Of a stretch of 35,353 nucleotides of DNA, positions 34,628 to 35,353 are shown piece after piece. Position 1 is the stretch's first letter. Each line of letters begins with the position of its first letter. Origin of the DNA: Sphingomonadales bacterium (GTDB lineage Bacteria; Pseudomonadota; Alphaproteobacteria; Sphingomonadales; Sphingomonadaceae); contig JAYTAR010000038.1 of NCBI GenBank assembly GCA_043737455.1, positions 1 through 35,353 of the forward strand, in the 5' to 3' direction. The translations under genes were made by a program, and so were the position numbers. The notes under the pieces were generated by a model, which had not been told where the DNA came from, searched no databases, and saw only the letters and a program-made list of their open reading frames with translations.

Positions 34628-35353
34628 TCAATATCGCTCGAGACGGGCGCCGGGGCGATCAAGCCCCCAACGCCGCTCAATGTAGAATTCGAGCGCTCGA
34701 CGGGTCTCGAAGCGGATATCGTCGCCCTCGAAGCCATATTCGAGCCGGACTGCCCGCTTCTGCTCCGCAGTCAAATCCGCTCTGGGACGTAGGCGGACCT
34801 CGACAATCGTCTCCCAGTCTTCGTCGGTCGGCAGCGTTTCTTCGATCGGGCGCATCTTGAAACTGCTGCTGTCCGACACCCGCACGGGGAGGAAGTCACG
34901 CCACTCGTTGCGATCTGGGCTCCAGGCCCGAACATGCAATCGCTCGCCGTCGCTCGCGATATGCGCAGGCGCGATCCATTGGCGATCGCGGCGACCGGAC
35001 GACATCGACACATAGTCGATCTCAACGAAACAGCGTCGTTCGATCGCCTGATTGAGCTCGCGCATCGCCGTCACCGGACATTGCCGGGTCGGTCCGGGAA
35101 GCCGCGCAAAATCCTGGTGGGCCTGTGCGTAAATCGCCTCAAGCGAAGGCGGCTCGGCCGTATCTTCAAGCCCGCGATGTGCCCGGTCCGCGACATAGGT
35201 TTTGCGAACGGGGTCATAGGACGGTGCGGGCGCGCGCACGCGCCCCATGTAGATGCGAAAGTCGACTGCCGCCTGCGCGTTAGAAATGCCGAACCTCTCG
35301 ATGAGGTCGCGCCTGTTCACCTGCCCCAGCCAGGTCAGGCATTGGTCCAGATA
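34628..35353 (-). CDS. WYL-domain transcriptional regulator of CapW/BrxR type (5' end beyond the window)
   Basis: Frame open to the edge (YLDQCLTWLGQVNRRDLIERFGISNAQAAVDFRIY..YD...KTY), WYL domain YVSMSS..WIAPAH..DGERLHVRAW..WRDFLPVR, C-terminal DEDW..L.P..L..QKRAV..EYG. Confidence 0.9.
   Translation of the reverse strand, partial: YLDQCLTWLGQVNRRDLIERFGISNAQAAVDFRIYMGRVRAPAPSYDPVRKTYVADRAHRGLEDTAEPPSLEAIYAQAHQDFARLPGPTRQCPVTAMRELNQAIERRCFVEIDYVSMSSGRRDRQWIAPAHIASDGERLHVRAWSPDRNEWRDFLPVRVSDSSSFKMRPIEETLPTDEDWETIVEVRLRPRADLTAEQKRAVRLEYGFEGDDIRFETRRALEFYIERRWGLDRPGARLERY

Overview
GC-rich window, probably alphaproteobacterial (sphingomonad-like gene order and codon style), from a conjugative plasmid or ICE. 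About 1-24 kb holds an apparently complete F-type (MPF-F) mating-pair-formation operon on the minus strand: traA-L-E-K-B, orf, dsbC, traV, traC, orf, trbI, trhF, traW, three small membrane ORFs, traU, trbC, traN, wHTH orf, traF, traH, traG. It is followed by a convergent small membrane gene (entry-exclusion candidate), a chimeric CsgG-like/DUF2726 ORF, a lytic transglycosylase and decayed fragments. No relaxase, coupling protein or oriT is recognisable in the window. Divergent from traA are a tandem ribbon-helix-helix-like ORF and an XRE-HTH regulator, separated from traA by a phased 22-bp palindrome array. About 25-35 kb is a defence-type accessory island: a trypsin protease-EndoG nuclease fusion, an MmeI-like type IIL R-M gene, and a coupled operon of a CapW/BrxR-like WYL regulator, a CoiA/DUF6035-like nuclease and a GHKL ATPase-HExxH protein. 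Most notable observations: TraG ends in a zinc peptidase (M15/LAS-type) domain; five phased 8-bp (ATGTCGAC)n arrays are dispersed through the transfer region, four of them about 5.5 kb apart; and the WYL-led three-gene operon is a candidate undescribed defence system. All family assignments are by eye from motifs and synteny; no database search was run.
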